Below, piece by piece: positions 51,980-63,599 of a stretch of 64,000 bases of DNA; the stretch's first letter is position 1, and the number at the start of each line of letters is the position of its first letter. The position numbers and the translations under genes are program-made. The notes below the pieces were generated by a model. The model was not told the origin of the DNA and did no database searches. It saw only the letters and a list, made by a program, of their open reading frames with translations. Source of the stretch: Octopus sinensis (taxonomy: Eukaryota); contig NC_043006.1 of the NCBI RefSeq assembly GCF_006345805.1, forward strand, positions 47,244,001 through 47,308,000. The letters are read 5' to 3'.

Positions 51980-52122
51980 AATATAATATATTTTACTATA
52001 AAATTGGATTTAATCCTAAATCTGATTTTTCCCTGTAAGTTTGGATTTATTCCTAATATTTTATTTTATATATATATATATATTTATATATATATGCATT
52101 CATATATATGAATATTTATCTA

Positions 52123-53383
52123 CGAGGGGCGTTCAATAAGTAATGCCTCTGACCCACTTGCAGTTGTTTGATCTATCTGAAATTTTGCATGTGCAATTAT
52201 TTATACCTCTATAGACTAAGTGGCAAATTACAGCTCTGCACTAATTGTGGTTTCCGATTTACAGGTGTTTGAACTGAGTCAAGTGTGAAATGGAGTTGAT
52301 CCGGTTTTTGTATTTGAAAGGACGCACACCACGGGAGACTTTTGATGAAATGAAAGTCACTTATGGTGATGATGCCCCATCATATGACCTGGCATCGTGA
52401 ATTCAAACATGGTCGGAACTCTGTGGAAACAGCTCCCAGATCTGGTCGCCCCCTTCTGCCATTGATGAGGCATCTGTCTGTCAAGTTGAGGCTGCCATTT
52501 TGGAAGATCGACGCATAACTATTCGCCAAATAGCCCATGAGGTCAAGATTAGAACCGGGTCTGTGGAAACTATCATTCATGACCATTTGCATATGCAAAA
52601 GGTGTCTGCCAGATGGATTCCCAGGTTGCTCACACCTTTCCAGGAGCAAGAACGCGTCGATTGCTCGAGGATGAATTTGGAGATGTGCCAAGAAGATGAG
52701 TCAAAATTTTTCAAAAGACTGATTGCATAGGATAAAATCTGGGTCCATCACTATGATCCAGAGACCAAAGCCCAGTCAATGCAGTGGAAGCACCGTGACT
52801 CACCTCCTCTAAAGAAGGCAAGGGTGCAGCCCTCCGCTGGCAAGGTCATGCTTACAGTCTTCTGGGACCAGGACGGAGTGGTGAAGACAGATTTCCTGGC
52901 AAAGGGTGCCACAATTACAGGAGTCTATTATGCTTCACTTTTGAGGAAATTAAGAGAAGCTATCAAAATCAAGAGGCGGGGCAAGATCAGCAAAGGCATC
53001 CTCCTCCTGCAGGACAACGCTCCGATCCACAACTCGCGTGTCGCCAGATCTGATGCACAGACGTGCGGCTATGAACTCATCCCCATCCCCCCTACTATCC
53101 TTACCTTGACCCTCTGATTTTCACCTCTTCTCAGCCATGAAGATGTTTTTGAAAGGAAAGCGTTTCCCAGATGATGCAGCCTTGATTTCTGAAGTCACGT
53201 CGTGGTTGGAGGACCAAGCTGGGGTCTTCTACAAAAACGGTCTTCAGAGCTGTATCAAACGATGGGAGAAATGCGTAACTCTGGTTGGTTCCTATGTAGA
53301 AAAAGACTAATAACTGTTCCAAGTTTCGTTGCTCTACTGCTATGGGAAGTGGGTCAGGGGCATTACTTATTGAACGCCCCTCG
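52123..53383 (+). mobile_element. Near full-length mariner element (irritans/Hsmar2-like termini), defective transposase
   Basis: 37-bp TIRs CGAGGGGCGTTCAATAAGTAATGCCYCTGACCCACTT, TA TSDs, 1261 bp. Confidence 0.95.
52290..53310 (+). pseudogene. Mariner transposase pseudogene
   Basis: WIPRLLT, WVHHYDPE, KVMLTVFWD and LLLQDNAP motifs; in-frame stop at 52728-52730 and frameshifts. Confidence 0.9.
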
Positions 53384-53914
53384 TACATACACATATTTCT
53401 ACATACATATATAGATCGTTATGAAATATGCATTCAGACTACATACATTCGCGTATTTTTGTGCGTATGTTTGTGTATCTGAATATTTATATAAATATAT
53501 ATATATATATATATATCGTATATATTATATATGTATATATATATATATATAATAAGGAAAGGGTAAAATTAATGATTAAGAATTAACCAATATTTTACCA
53601 AGTAGAATTCGGCATGAATAAAGAACCATTTCACGGTAAACTTAAGTAATACGCAATAATTAGGGTTCATTATATATATATATATTCTTATACATATCTA
53701 TTTGAAACATATTGCTAAACAAGGTTTAAAGAGAATTATTTTTAAAAAAGGTTATTGACGAAATCAAATCTCTTCGGATTAATATTAGTTAAATATCTTC
53801 ACTTTCAGGATTATTGATATTACACTGATTTCACAAGTTCGAGCGTCTCGAATTTTCTACAACAGTCCGGTTATATGTCGTTAAAAATATGCCTATTATG
53901 ATATATGTATATCA

Positions 53915-54126
53915 TTGTGTTTGTTCCTTCTGGAGCCACGCCTGGATCATAGGGTCGGTTTCCCGCTTTCCTTGGCGTATAGGTTCCACTCCTAAACGGA
54001 CGGCGGTACGTCGCAGGTGGACTGCAAGATGCAGGAGGAAAGAATGAATGAAAGCTGTCTGACATTCGAACCCGCGATCCCTCGACAGCGAGCCCGCTGC
54101 TTTAACCACTAGGACAAGTGACTCCA
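53915..54126 (-). mobile_element. SINE family C in module B (internally deleted)
   Basis: Head and tail match family C; middle is missing. Confidence 0.8.
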
Positions 54127-54221
54127 TATATGTATATATTAGGAGGCGGAGAAAGAAGGAAGGGGGAGAGAGGGAAGGGAGATATGGATATATGTAATTG
54201 TGTTTGTGTATACATTCGCCT

Positions 54222-54251
54222 CAGCATGGCCACAGCTCGCGAGCTGAAACT

Positions 54252-54253
<2 letters not shown>
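54222..54253 (+). mobile_element. Extreme 3' tail fragment of the CR1/L2-group-like LINE
   Basis: CAGCATGGCCACAGCTCGCGAGCTGAAACTAG + (TA)n matches the end of 60368-60543. Confidence 0.55.
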
Positions 54254-54299
<46 letters not shown>

Positions 54300-54876
54300 T
54301 GTGTGTGGTGTGTGTGTGTGTGTGTGTGTATATATGAAATATCACTTCAGAAGATGCTTATACAGATGTTGCGTTTATTGACACAGAACAGAATTATACA
54401 TCCGAAAATCAAACCGTTTTTTGAAACAATTTCCAAAAGCATTCTAACATACACATAGCAAAATTAAATTCAGAAAGATGTGTTGCGTGTTACTCCCTCG
54501 ATGCGGTTACCAAAAATATTTAAATGCTTGATTTCTTGATCATTATTAATATTGGTCTAGTGCATCTTGTGAACGCATTGACCAAAACTTAAATTTAAGT
54601 AAATAATATTTATTTGGTTTTAATGAAAATTATCCTGAAGTGAAATTTTTTAGAGTTGCATGCTTTTGCATATAAGAAACAATTCTATGCTTTTAGCAAA
54701 AAAAAAAGAAATCATTATGCTACTTCAGCGATAATTGAACTCGCATACCTTCACGTAAACGGAATGTTCTCTACAATTTTCATCGAAGTAAAACACTACC
54801 CGTTGCTATACAAAATATACATAAGTATATGACTTATATTACACACTGACACACACACATTTATTCAATCACACAC

Positions 54877-54907
<31 letters not shown>

Positions 54908-56071
54908 TGCATGTATAAAAAATATATATATAAATACAAAATGGGACAAGAACGCAAAACACTCAAAGAGACGACACAAAAAACGGACGGGTCATTCGAA
55001 GCCTCTAATCTTCAGTCAAGAACCGGATCACCCTTGCAATTTCGGCTGATTAATCTTGAGATCGCTCCGATCCGGCCAGCTCCAAGAAAAATCTAAGCTA
55101 CGAGCATTAGATTTCTTGGAAAAAGGATCGAATGTATACGAAACAAGGACAGAAAAACGGACGATGCCAAACGAATATAAATACAAAAAACAATAATAGT
55201 AATAACAGGACAAAAACAGCAGGTGTCTTACGACTTTAGACACTTCAACGTAGCTTAGCTGGCATATTTGGAAAAAAATGCCTTTGCGGCAGACGAAGAA
55301 AACGATGTCGTGGCGGGGGTCAGAAGCCGAAAGGCTAGTTGACCGGCGGTCACATGAGAGGAGAAAAGAGAGAAAAAAGGGGGCAAAAAATTCAAAGAGA
55401 GAGAGAGAGAGAGAGAAAACGAGGAACAAAGGCACCAAAGGGGGGGGGGAGAGAGAGAGAAAGAAGGAATTAAAGAGGGGAGAAGAAAGAGAGCGTGCCA
55501 AGGATTGGCTTGGCAACAGAATCAGTGAGGTGCAAAGGAGAGAGAGAGAGAGAGAGATATGCATGCATATATATATATATATATACATACACATTTATAC
55601 ATACATATATAGATACATATATATAAATATGTCTTCATTTACACATACGTAATACATTTACAGCATTTCATTTTTTTAAAATTACGACGAAGACTGACCG
55701 GGTTATTAATTAGCTATATACATCTCACAATGTTGCATATTAGAATTTAGGTTAGATATAAAGAAAAGAATAAAAATAAATCAAAAATTTTATTCAGCTT
55801 CGACTTTATGTCGGAATGGAACTCATGATCAGACATTAAATGTCAAGCTTCCGTCAATTGCGACCAAAGGGTGAAGCCCGTAACGTTGATAAAATTTACG
55901 TTTAAGTAAAAGAACAGTTTCATTCATGTATGCGCGTGCGCGCACTCATTCACATGCACAGACGCTATCACTAATATATGTGATATTGTGTGTATGTATA
56001 CATGAATACATATGTATACACGTGTTTGCACGTGTGTTTGTTTGCGTACGTAATGGGAAATATAGTGCAAG

Positions 56072-56251
56072 GAGGATAGAGTGAAAGTTGTGGCGAAAAA
56101 TTCAGCAAAAGTTCGCCATTACCTTCCGCCGGAGCCGCGAAGGGGCTTAGGTATTTCGCTCATATACACACACATCACCCCATCGGACATACGAACCCGC
56201 AATCCCTCGACCGCGTGGCCGCTGCTCTAACCAGTAGGCTATGTGTCTCCA
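56072..56251 (-). mobile_element. SINE family C, 5' half
   Basis: Matches family C head and is followed by the module B flank. Confidence 0.75.
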
Positions 56252-56509
56252 CATATGTATATATTAGGAGAGGGAGAGAAAAGGAAGAGGAAAGATGTAA
56301 GGGAGATATGGATATATGTAATTGTGTGTGTGTATACATGCTATATATATATTATATATATATATATAGAGATTATACACATATATATATGTATATATAT
56401 ATATAATATATATACATACATACATGCATACGTATATATATATAAAATATCACTTATGAAGTTGGATAATATATATAATATAATATCACTTATGAGTGGA
56501 TATTATATA

Positions 56510-56564
<55 letters not shown>

Positions 56565-57505
56565 TTTTATTGGCACAGAACAGAATATTCATCAGGAAAC
56601 AATCAAAACAAATCGTTTTTGAAACAATTTCCAAAACGTCTTCTAACATACACATAACAAAATTAAATTCAGAACGATGTGTTGTCCGTTACTACCTCGA
56701 TGTGGTTACAAAAAATAGGTAAATGCTTGATTCCTTCATAATTATTAATATTGGTCTAGGGCTTCTTGGGAATGCATTGACCAAATCTTAATTTTAAATA
56801 AATACAATTATTTGGTTTTAATGAAAATTTTTAAGAGATGCATGCTTGTGCAAATAAGAAATATTATGATTGTTAGTAAAAAAAATAACAAAAATCAGTA
56901 TGCTACCTCTGTGAAATTTGAACCCGTATACCTTCACGTAGAAGGAATGCTCTCTATAATTTTCACCGAGGTAACACTAGTCACCGATATACAAAATAAA
57001 CATAAGTATATGACTTATATTACACACACACACACACACATTAACACCCACACATTCACACACACGCTTATATATATGTATATTCTCACACACACACATT
57101 TATACTTCCACACACATATAGGTATATAAATATATATATATATATAAGTAGTATATATATGTGTAGTATATTCAACGATTGCACTCTATATAAATTCCCT
57201 ACTGAGAATGACAAACTTTAAGAGAATCTTAGATTTCTTATAAACTCTACAGCTGGATGGACTCATATCAAACTCTGTGCGACTTTAGAATTTTACTCAA
57301 AGGATATCAGAATATTACACATATATAAAATTATGCCTATAAAACGGATTTACGAATTCAATAACAATACATAACTTACAACTATATATATATATATGTA
57401 TATATATATGTATATTATAATGTATATATATATGTATATATATATGTATATATATATGTATATATATATGCATATATATATGTAATATATATGTATATAT
57501 ATATG

Positions 57506-57538
<33 letters not shown>

Positions 57539-58012
57539 GTATATATAGAAAAATGAGGTAATCAGATCAGATGGTTCATATTTGTAGATATTTATTTTAT
57601 AGTACATTTTTTTACATATATATCCATATCATTCGGATTAGCGCTTGCTCCCCCATTCTAGTGGGTTTTCAAATCAAATCAGTTGTGGGTAGTTTGAACC
57701 TTTTTATAGTTTCGTAGTAGTGGGTGAGAAGGAAGTGAGACAGAGAGAAAATATGTGTGTATGTGTGTGTGTGTGTGTGTGTGTGCGTGTGGTGTGTGTG
57801 TGGTGTGCGCATTTATATCTGAGAGTGAAGAAGTGTATTTCCGTTGGTCTGCTGGACCCCCTGTGGTTTTATAAGAACTTTGGCCGTCCATTTCAATGTC
57901 ACTGAGTGTGTGTTGTGCATAGGTTGGCCTGGCAAATGTCATTTGGGGTCACACTTTCTATGATCATTCTGTGGAGGTGTGTGTGTGTGTGTCTCTGTTG
58001 TCTGTGTGTGTT

Positions 58013-58046
<34 letters not shown>

Positions 58047-58529
58047 TGTGGTGTGTGTGTGTCTGTGTGTTTGGAGAAGGGGAGAGAGACAAAAAGAGAA
58101 AAGGGAAAATAAAAATAATAATAATAAAATAAAAAATTAAAAAATAAAAAAATAAAATAAAAAAAATAAAAACAAAAATAAAAATAAAATAAAAAAATAT
58201 AAAGAATAAATAAAAAATATAAAGAATAAAAAATAAAAATAAAAATAAAAATAAAAATAAAAATAAGGAGGAAGTGGAGAGAAGAAAAAATATTTTTGTG
58301 TGTTGATATTTATACCAACACATATATATACACCACAGACTTATACATAAAATATTTGAAAAAACCTTTTTATCGGTTCAAAATGAACAACCAAATATAC
58401 CATCTTGAAAGTTGTATGTCATAGGAAAGTTAAAACTAAAGTGACAATTAAAGGGTAAAGATGGAAGTGAATTATAAAGATAATAATATAATATGATGTA
58501 TATAACAGGCAATACACATCACACACACA

Positions 58530-59285
58530 ACACAGATTTTTCCTTCAATGTATGTTGAGTAAAGTTTCAGCCATTAATTTGGGGGAGAACTTAGCTATGA
58601 AATGTTTTTCCATATTCCTCCTGAAGGGGGTGTCATTCTTCGGACACTTGTAGAAGGGAAATATCTTAAATTTTCCTTCTCCACATGTAGCTAGGTGTGT
58701 GCTTAGTGGTATTTTGCGTAGTCTCCTGCCGAATATGTTGTCGGTGGATCCTGGCTCGCTGGCACAAGAATACCAGTTTCTCCTACGTAATTCTCCTTGC
58801 ATGTGGGGCAGGTTATGCAGTATATGACGTTCTGCGTCTTGCAGTTCATATTCTGCATTTACTTTGAATATGACACCATGTTTAAATCTTATCTCTCTGT
58901 TGCTCTCTATGTATTTGTAGGTGGGGTGCTGCAGGTCCCACATCTACCATCTCCGCACTCTTTTGCAAAGAATTCCGTTTTAGTTTCTGAAGAGAATTTC
59001 GCTCTTGTTAGGTGTTTTTTTAGGTTTTTGTCCTGTCGTTCTACTGTTTTTTATGCTATATTTGTTTAATATGTTTTTCATTTTGGGGCTCTGTAAGGCT
59101 ATTGGTAGGTTTGAATGTATGGTTTGGAAGATGTTGGTAACTCCAGGGTTGTGTGTGTTTATAAAAGGGATAGTGTTTTCTTTGTTTTTTGTTTTGGGTG
59201 TCCTGAGTTGTGTGATGTCTAGTTTTAATTGCTCTTGTGATTCCATTTTCTATTAGTTTAAGGGGGTATTTTGCTCTAGGAGGAA
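58530..59285 (-). pseudogene. Penelope-like element ORF 3' fragment (linker + GIY-YIG endonuclease), frameshifted
   Basis: TIPFINTHNPGVTNIFQTIH...; LSTHLATCGEGKFKIFPFYK...FRRNMEKHFIAKFSPKL. Confidence 0.75.
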
Positions 59286-59361
59286 GCTTTTGAGTTCATC
59301 TAGTCTTATATATATAGTATATATATATATATATAGTATATATATATATATATGTATATAT

Positions 59362-59392
<31 letters not shown>

Positions 59393-59492
59393 GTAATATA
59401 TATATGATATATATATATATATATGTATATATATGTGTATATATAATATATAATATATATGTATATATATGTATATCATATATATATGTATG

Positions 59493-59524
<32 letters not shown>

Positions 59525-59783
59525 TATATAATTATATATATGATATATATATATATATATGTTAATCAATATAAGGGTACCAAAAAATTCAAGAAAAATT
59601 TTTCGGCACCAGCGGTCTAGTGAGAAAGAAAAATAGTCACAGACTATATATATATAACTTCAACAATATTAAGGAATGGCCCTGATAGGCCATTCGACCT
59701 TCTAGAAAGAGCAGCCAAACTCAAACCGCTAAATAGTTGTAATTCTGAAATCAAAGGAGAAATAAAAACATTTACCCTTATCA

Positions 59784-59877
59784 TCTTTGGACTATGCATA
59801 GTTTCGACACTTTGGTAAACCAATTTAATTAAATTAAATTAAATTTGTTTACATCTGGCCTGTCTCGTCAGCAAAGA
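59784..59877 (-). ncRNA. Intact type I hammerhead ribozyme (predicted GUC cleavage between 59790 and 59789)
   Basis: Minus strand TCTTTG-CTGACGA-GACA...TGTC-GAAA-CTATGCATAG-TC-CAAAGA; perfect core, 6-bp stem I, 4-bp closing stem II, palindromic stem III; inside the (TA)n-flanked module 59561-60110. Confidence 0.85.
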
Positions 59878-60279
59878 AGCCAAGGAAAATATATATCCAC
59901 GAGGCGACACCAGCGACGCCTCGAGTCCATATACTCTAAATTTTCAAAATCCACCGTCACCGCGCTATCTTCTCAGCAGCAAATATAAACCGCTGATATA
60001 ATTTCAAAGGCGGAAACAGATGTAAGAATGATTTTAATGACAACAATAATTTATAATTTATATTAAGGTTTGTATAATTGTATTCTTATCTTATATTTAC
60101 TGAATTTTAATGTGTATATATATATATATATATATAATATATATATATGTTATGGTTCTCGTTTTGTTAAATAAATAATTGAACATTCTAATATCCAAAA
60201 GCTGGTAAATCAACTAAATTGATTCTCCATTTTCATACTTGTATTATATATATATATTATATATATATATATATATCTT

Positions 60280-60360
<81 letters not shown>

Positions 60361-60367
60361 TAATTTT

Positions 60368-60543
60368 TCTAGTTTCAGCTCAGAGCTGCGGCCATGCTGA
60401 TGCACCGCCGTTTTGTGCTACACTGTTATTACGACGAACCTCGTCTAATATGTGGCACTTGGTAAAGAATGGAGTTTGATATAGCTACTCTCATTTGCAC
60501 CTCTTGCCGTGAGTTAGGTTCATCTGGGACTCTTGACAGAGAT
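60368..60543 (-). pseudogene. 3' end of the CR1/L2-group-like LINE (same family as 4619-5110)
   Basis: LSRVPDEPNSRQEVQMRVAISNSILYQ then the GGCGGTGCATCAGCATGGCCGCAG tail. Confidence 0.75.
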
Positions 60544-60859
60544 ACATACATATATACAAATATGTCTTCATTTACACATACATTCACGTATTTGTGTAAG
60601 TGTGTGTTTGTGTACTGAATATATACACATATACATATATATGTGAAACATATTGCTAAACACGGTTTCGAGAGATTTATTTTTAAAATGTTATTCACGA
60701 ATTCATATCTTTTGGAATTAATTTTAGACAAAAATCTTAACTTATAAGATAATTAAAATCACACTGACATTACAACGTCGAGCGCTCTTGGATTTTCTAC
60801 AAATTAACAGGTCGGTTATATGTCTTTAAATATATACATATTATGATTATATGTAAATC

Positions 60860-61140
60860 AAGTTGCTTGTTCATTCCTGAGTCACGCCTGGCTCATTGGG
60901 TTGGTTTCCCAGTTTCCTTGGCGTATAGGTTTCGTCGCAGTTGAGCTGCAGGATGCAGGAGGAAAGTCGAGATAAAGTTGTGATAAATGAGTTAGCGGAA
61001 ACTTGACATTACCTTCTGACTGAGCCGCGTGGAGCCTTAGAGTTTCGCTCCTAAACACATACATCGCCCGGTTTGACATTCAAATCCGCAATATCTCGAC
61101 AACCAGTCCGCTGCTCTAACCACTAGGCCATGTACCTCCA
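60860..61140 (-). mobile_element. SINE family C in module B
   Basis: Same insertion point as the other module B copies. Confidence 0.85.
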
Positions 61141-61322
61141 AATATGTATATCATAATAGGTATATATTAGGAGACGGAGAGAGAAGGAAGAGGAAAGAAG
61201 AAGGGGAAATGGATATATGTAATTTTGTGTGTGTATACATGCATACATATACACACATATCTATATATCTGTATGTATGTATGTATATATATAATATATA
61301 TATATATATATAAATATATATA

Positions 61323-61377
<55 letters not shown>

Positions 61378-62206
61378 GTGAAATAGAAAGATGAATAATC
61401 TTGTAGTAGATTAATCAAAAGTTTAACCGATACCTTAGTAGCAAAAATCACAGCAGTAAACAGTGCAACCTTTGTGTCTCAGAACTCTTCCATATTTTGT
61501 TTGCCAGAGGCCGGATGGTAAACGGGATCTTACAGTCGGCTTTTCGATGCCCCCATTGGCGGCGTTACACTTATCTGGCCTTTAAATAGCGTTTATAAAT
61601 AATACCGGCACCCATAGCCCTTCGTAACAAATTCTGAAATAGCCTTTAAGATATCTACGATTAACCACTGCAAGGGGAATTACTCCTGTAAGACAAACGG
61701 GGCTTGGTTTTTTCACAGCGGGGGGTTTCCTTGACAAGGCAGGCTTAGATGAACACACACACATATAAAACATAATATATATATATTTTTTTATTTTTAA
61801 AAAATTTTTTTCTTTCTGCCACCCAACGGTTATCACGGCAGTAGCCACTGACAGCCGAACGATCAAACGCACACACGTACACAAAAAATGTTTTCTACCC
61901 CTACGCCAACACACACATATATAGAACAGTATACACACACACACGTCTCTAAGTAGATTTTTTCTCGCCCCTCATAAAACATCCAATATTCCTTAAATAG
62001 TCAGAACTTTATTCTCGGTCACAAAGAACATCTATACACCCTCACCCACATGATTGACCGATGCCTGACCCGTTGAATTCTTCAGCCACCGGTTCTCAAC
62101 ATACAATGATAAACAGTTTCGCCATGGGCTCTTAGGAGCACAGTTCGATTTGTTTTTTGCTCCGCCTCTGTTCTGTTTTTGTTTTTCCAACGGATTTCCT
62201 TTTTTC

Positions 62207-62286
62207 TTCCTGAAGAGAAAGACACAATATGGTCCCATTATTCAATCGGATTTTGGTAATTTGTGCCTTTCGAAACACGTGTAGAA
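62207..62286 (+). ncRNA. Intact type I hammerhead ribozyme (predicted GUA cleavage after 62283)
   Basis: TTC-CTGAAGA-GAAAGACAC...GTGCCTTTC-GAAA-CACGTG-TA-GAA; stem II 8/9 paired; inside the microsatellite-flanked module ~61950-62352. Confidence 0.75.
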
Positions 62287-62348
62287 TGAAATAAAACGAT
62301 TTCTGTTCAATCTGCGTTCAGCTCCATTTCTTCAATTCACCAATAATG

Positions 62349-62428
<80 letters not shown>

Positions 62429-62829
62429 TGTGTGTGTATGTATATATATATATAATATCACTTAAGAAGAGAAATATATAGATGTGCACAGAACAGAATT
62501 ATCAGAAAATCAAACCCTTCTCTGAAGCAATTTCCAAAACGTTTTCTAACATTCTCATAACAAAATTAAATTCAGAACAATGTATTGAGCCTTACTGCCT
62601 CGATGCGGTTACAAAAACTAGTTAAATTCTTGATTCTTTGATCAATATTAATATTGGCCTAGGGCTTCATGGGAACACATCGACCAAACCTTAAATTTAG
62701 ATAAATAATAAATTTCATTTATTATTTGGAAGTTATCAGCATCATATAGAATGATCTCAAAGTTTGTCAATTTCGAACTTACAGATTTACATGTTCGTTT
62801 GTCCATGTTAATCGTATATTGATCATAAC

Positions 62830-63260
62830 TTTGAGGAGATTGAAGAGTGCAGAATGGGAAGGTACCAGGAGGGGACCTAATAGTTAGATATGGAGACAAG
62901 AAGCTCGAATTTTATAGAAACCAATTGATATGTATGTTGAAAAGGACTATTCAAGGTCAGACTGACCTACTACATTGGCTTACTACAGCAAGGACAGATC
63001 TTGTAGCTAAAAATGAAATCATCGAGATTGCTGGAAACTACAAGTCAATTGCTTGCCTAAACCTTATGTACAAACTGTACACAAGTTGCCTCAACTAATT
63101 CCTCCATGTCCATTGTGAGTCGAACAACATTGTGACTAATGAACAAGCTGGTGAAAAGAAGGGAGTGTGGGGATGTACCGAACAACTTTTAATAAACATA
63201 GCTGTACTGTCTAAAGTAAGAAAGCAAACTTAGAAATCTTGGGACAGTATGGCTTGACAC
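62830..63260 (+). pseudogene. R4/Dong-like non-LTR RT fragment (same family as 2313-3120)
   Basis: VPGGDLIV, WLTTART.LV.KN, GNYKSIACLNLMYKLYTSCLN; high nucleotide similarity to 2313-2535. Confidence 0.85.
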
Positions 63261-63599
63261 ATACATATATTTGTGCGCATGCGTGTGTATATGTATGTGA
63301 GTGTGTGTTTGTGAGTTTGTATGCGTGTGCATAAATGAAATGATGTTCATATTTAAACAAATTTTACACGACATATCTTAGCGTTGCCATTTGGTCGAAA
63401 TTGAAGAACACCGGCTGTTTGAATGTCTGTATGCGGTTTCAATTCTGACAGGATGGTAGCGTAGTTTTTTTTTTATATTTCTCCGTAACATTTAAAAAAT
63501 TTCTACATAATTATAAAGCAGAATTAAATATATATGGTTGTAGGATCTTAATTTGTGTTATTCGTTTGCAACCCAGAAACATGAGACTACCATAAATTA

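Larger units (their letters stand above)
32290..62710. repeat. Array of a composite two-module repeat (module A ~470 bp, module B ~400 bp, joined by microsatellites), more than 10 diverged copies in both orientations
   Basis: Module A (+) at about 32290, 35533, 37640, 38700, 41388, 42845, 49321, 50430, 54338, 56560, 62455 and (-) at about 36870, 43920, 46620, 48270. Module B (+) at about 35060, 38390, 39790, 42120, 48600, 50150, 53690, 60540 and (-) at about 37350, 44270, 47170. Confidence 0.9.

Noticed and set aside
36310-55040. CTGAAGA...TTCGAAT motif in related modules at about 36325 (plus) and 55000 (minus) as hammerheads
   Set aside because: No convincing stem II, GAAT instead of GAAA, and no stem I pairing.
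58090-58265. Poly(A)-like tail of a retrocopy
   Set aside because: It is an irregular (AAAAT)n low-complexity tract without an attached processed gene or TSD; it may be noisy consensus.
3411-61140. tRNA-like sequences at SINE heads
   Set aside because: They have A/B boxes but no complete cloverleaf and continue into SINE bodies; they are not tRNA genes.
61370-61760. Possible hammerhead on the minus strand (…GGCATC-GAAA…)
   Set aside because: No CUGANGA or UUGANAA core at a suitable distance.
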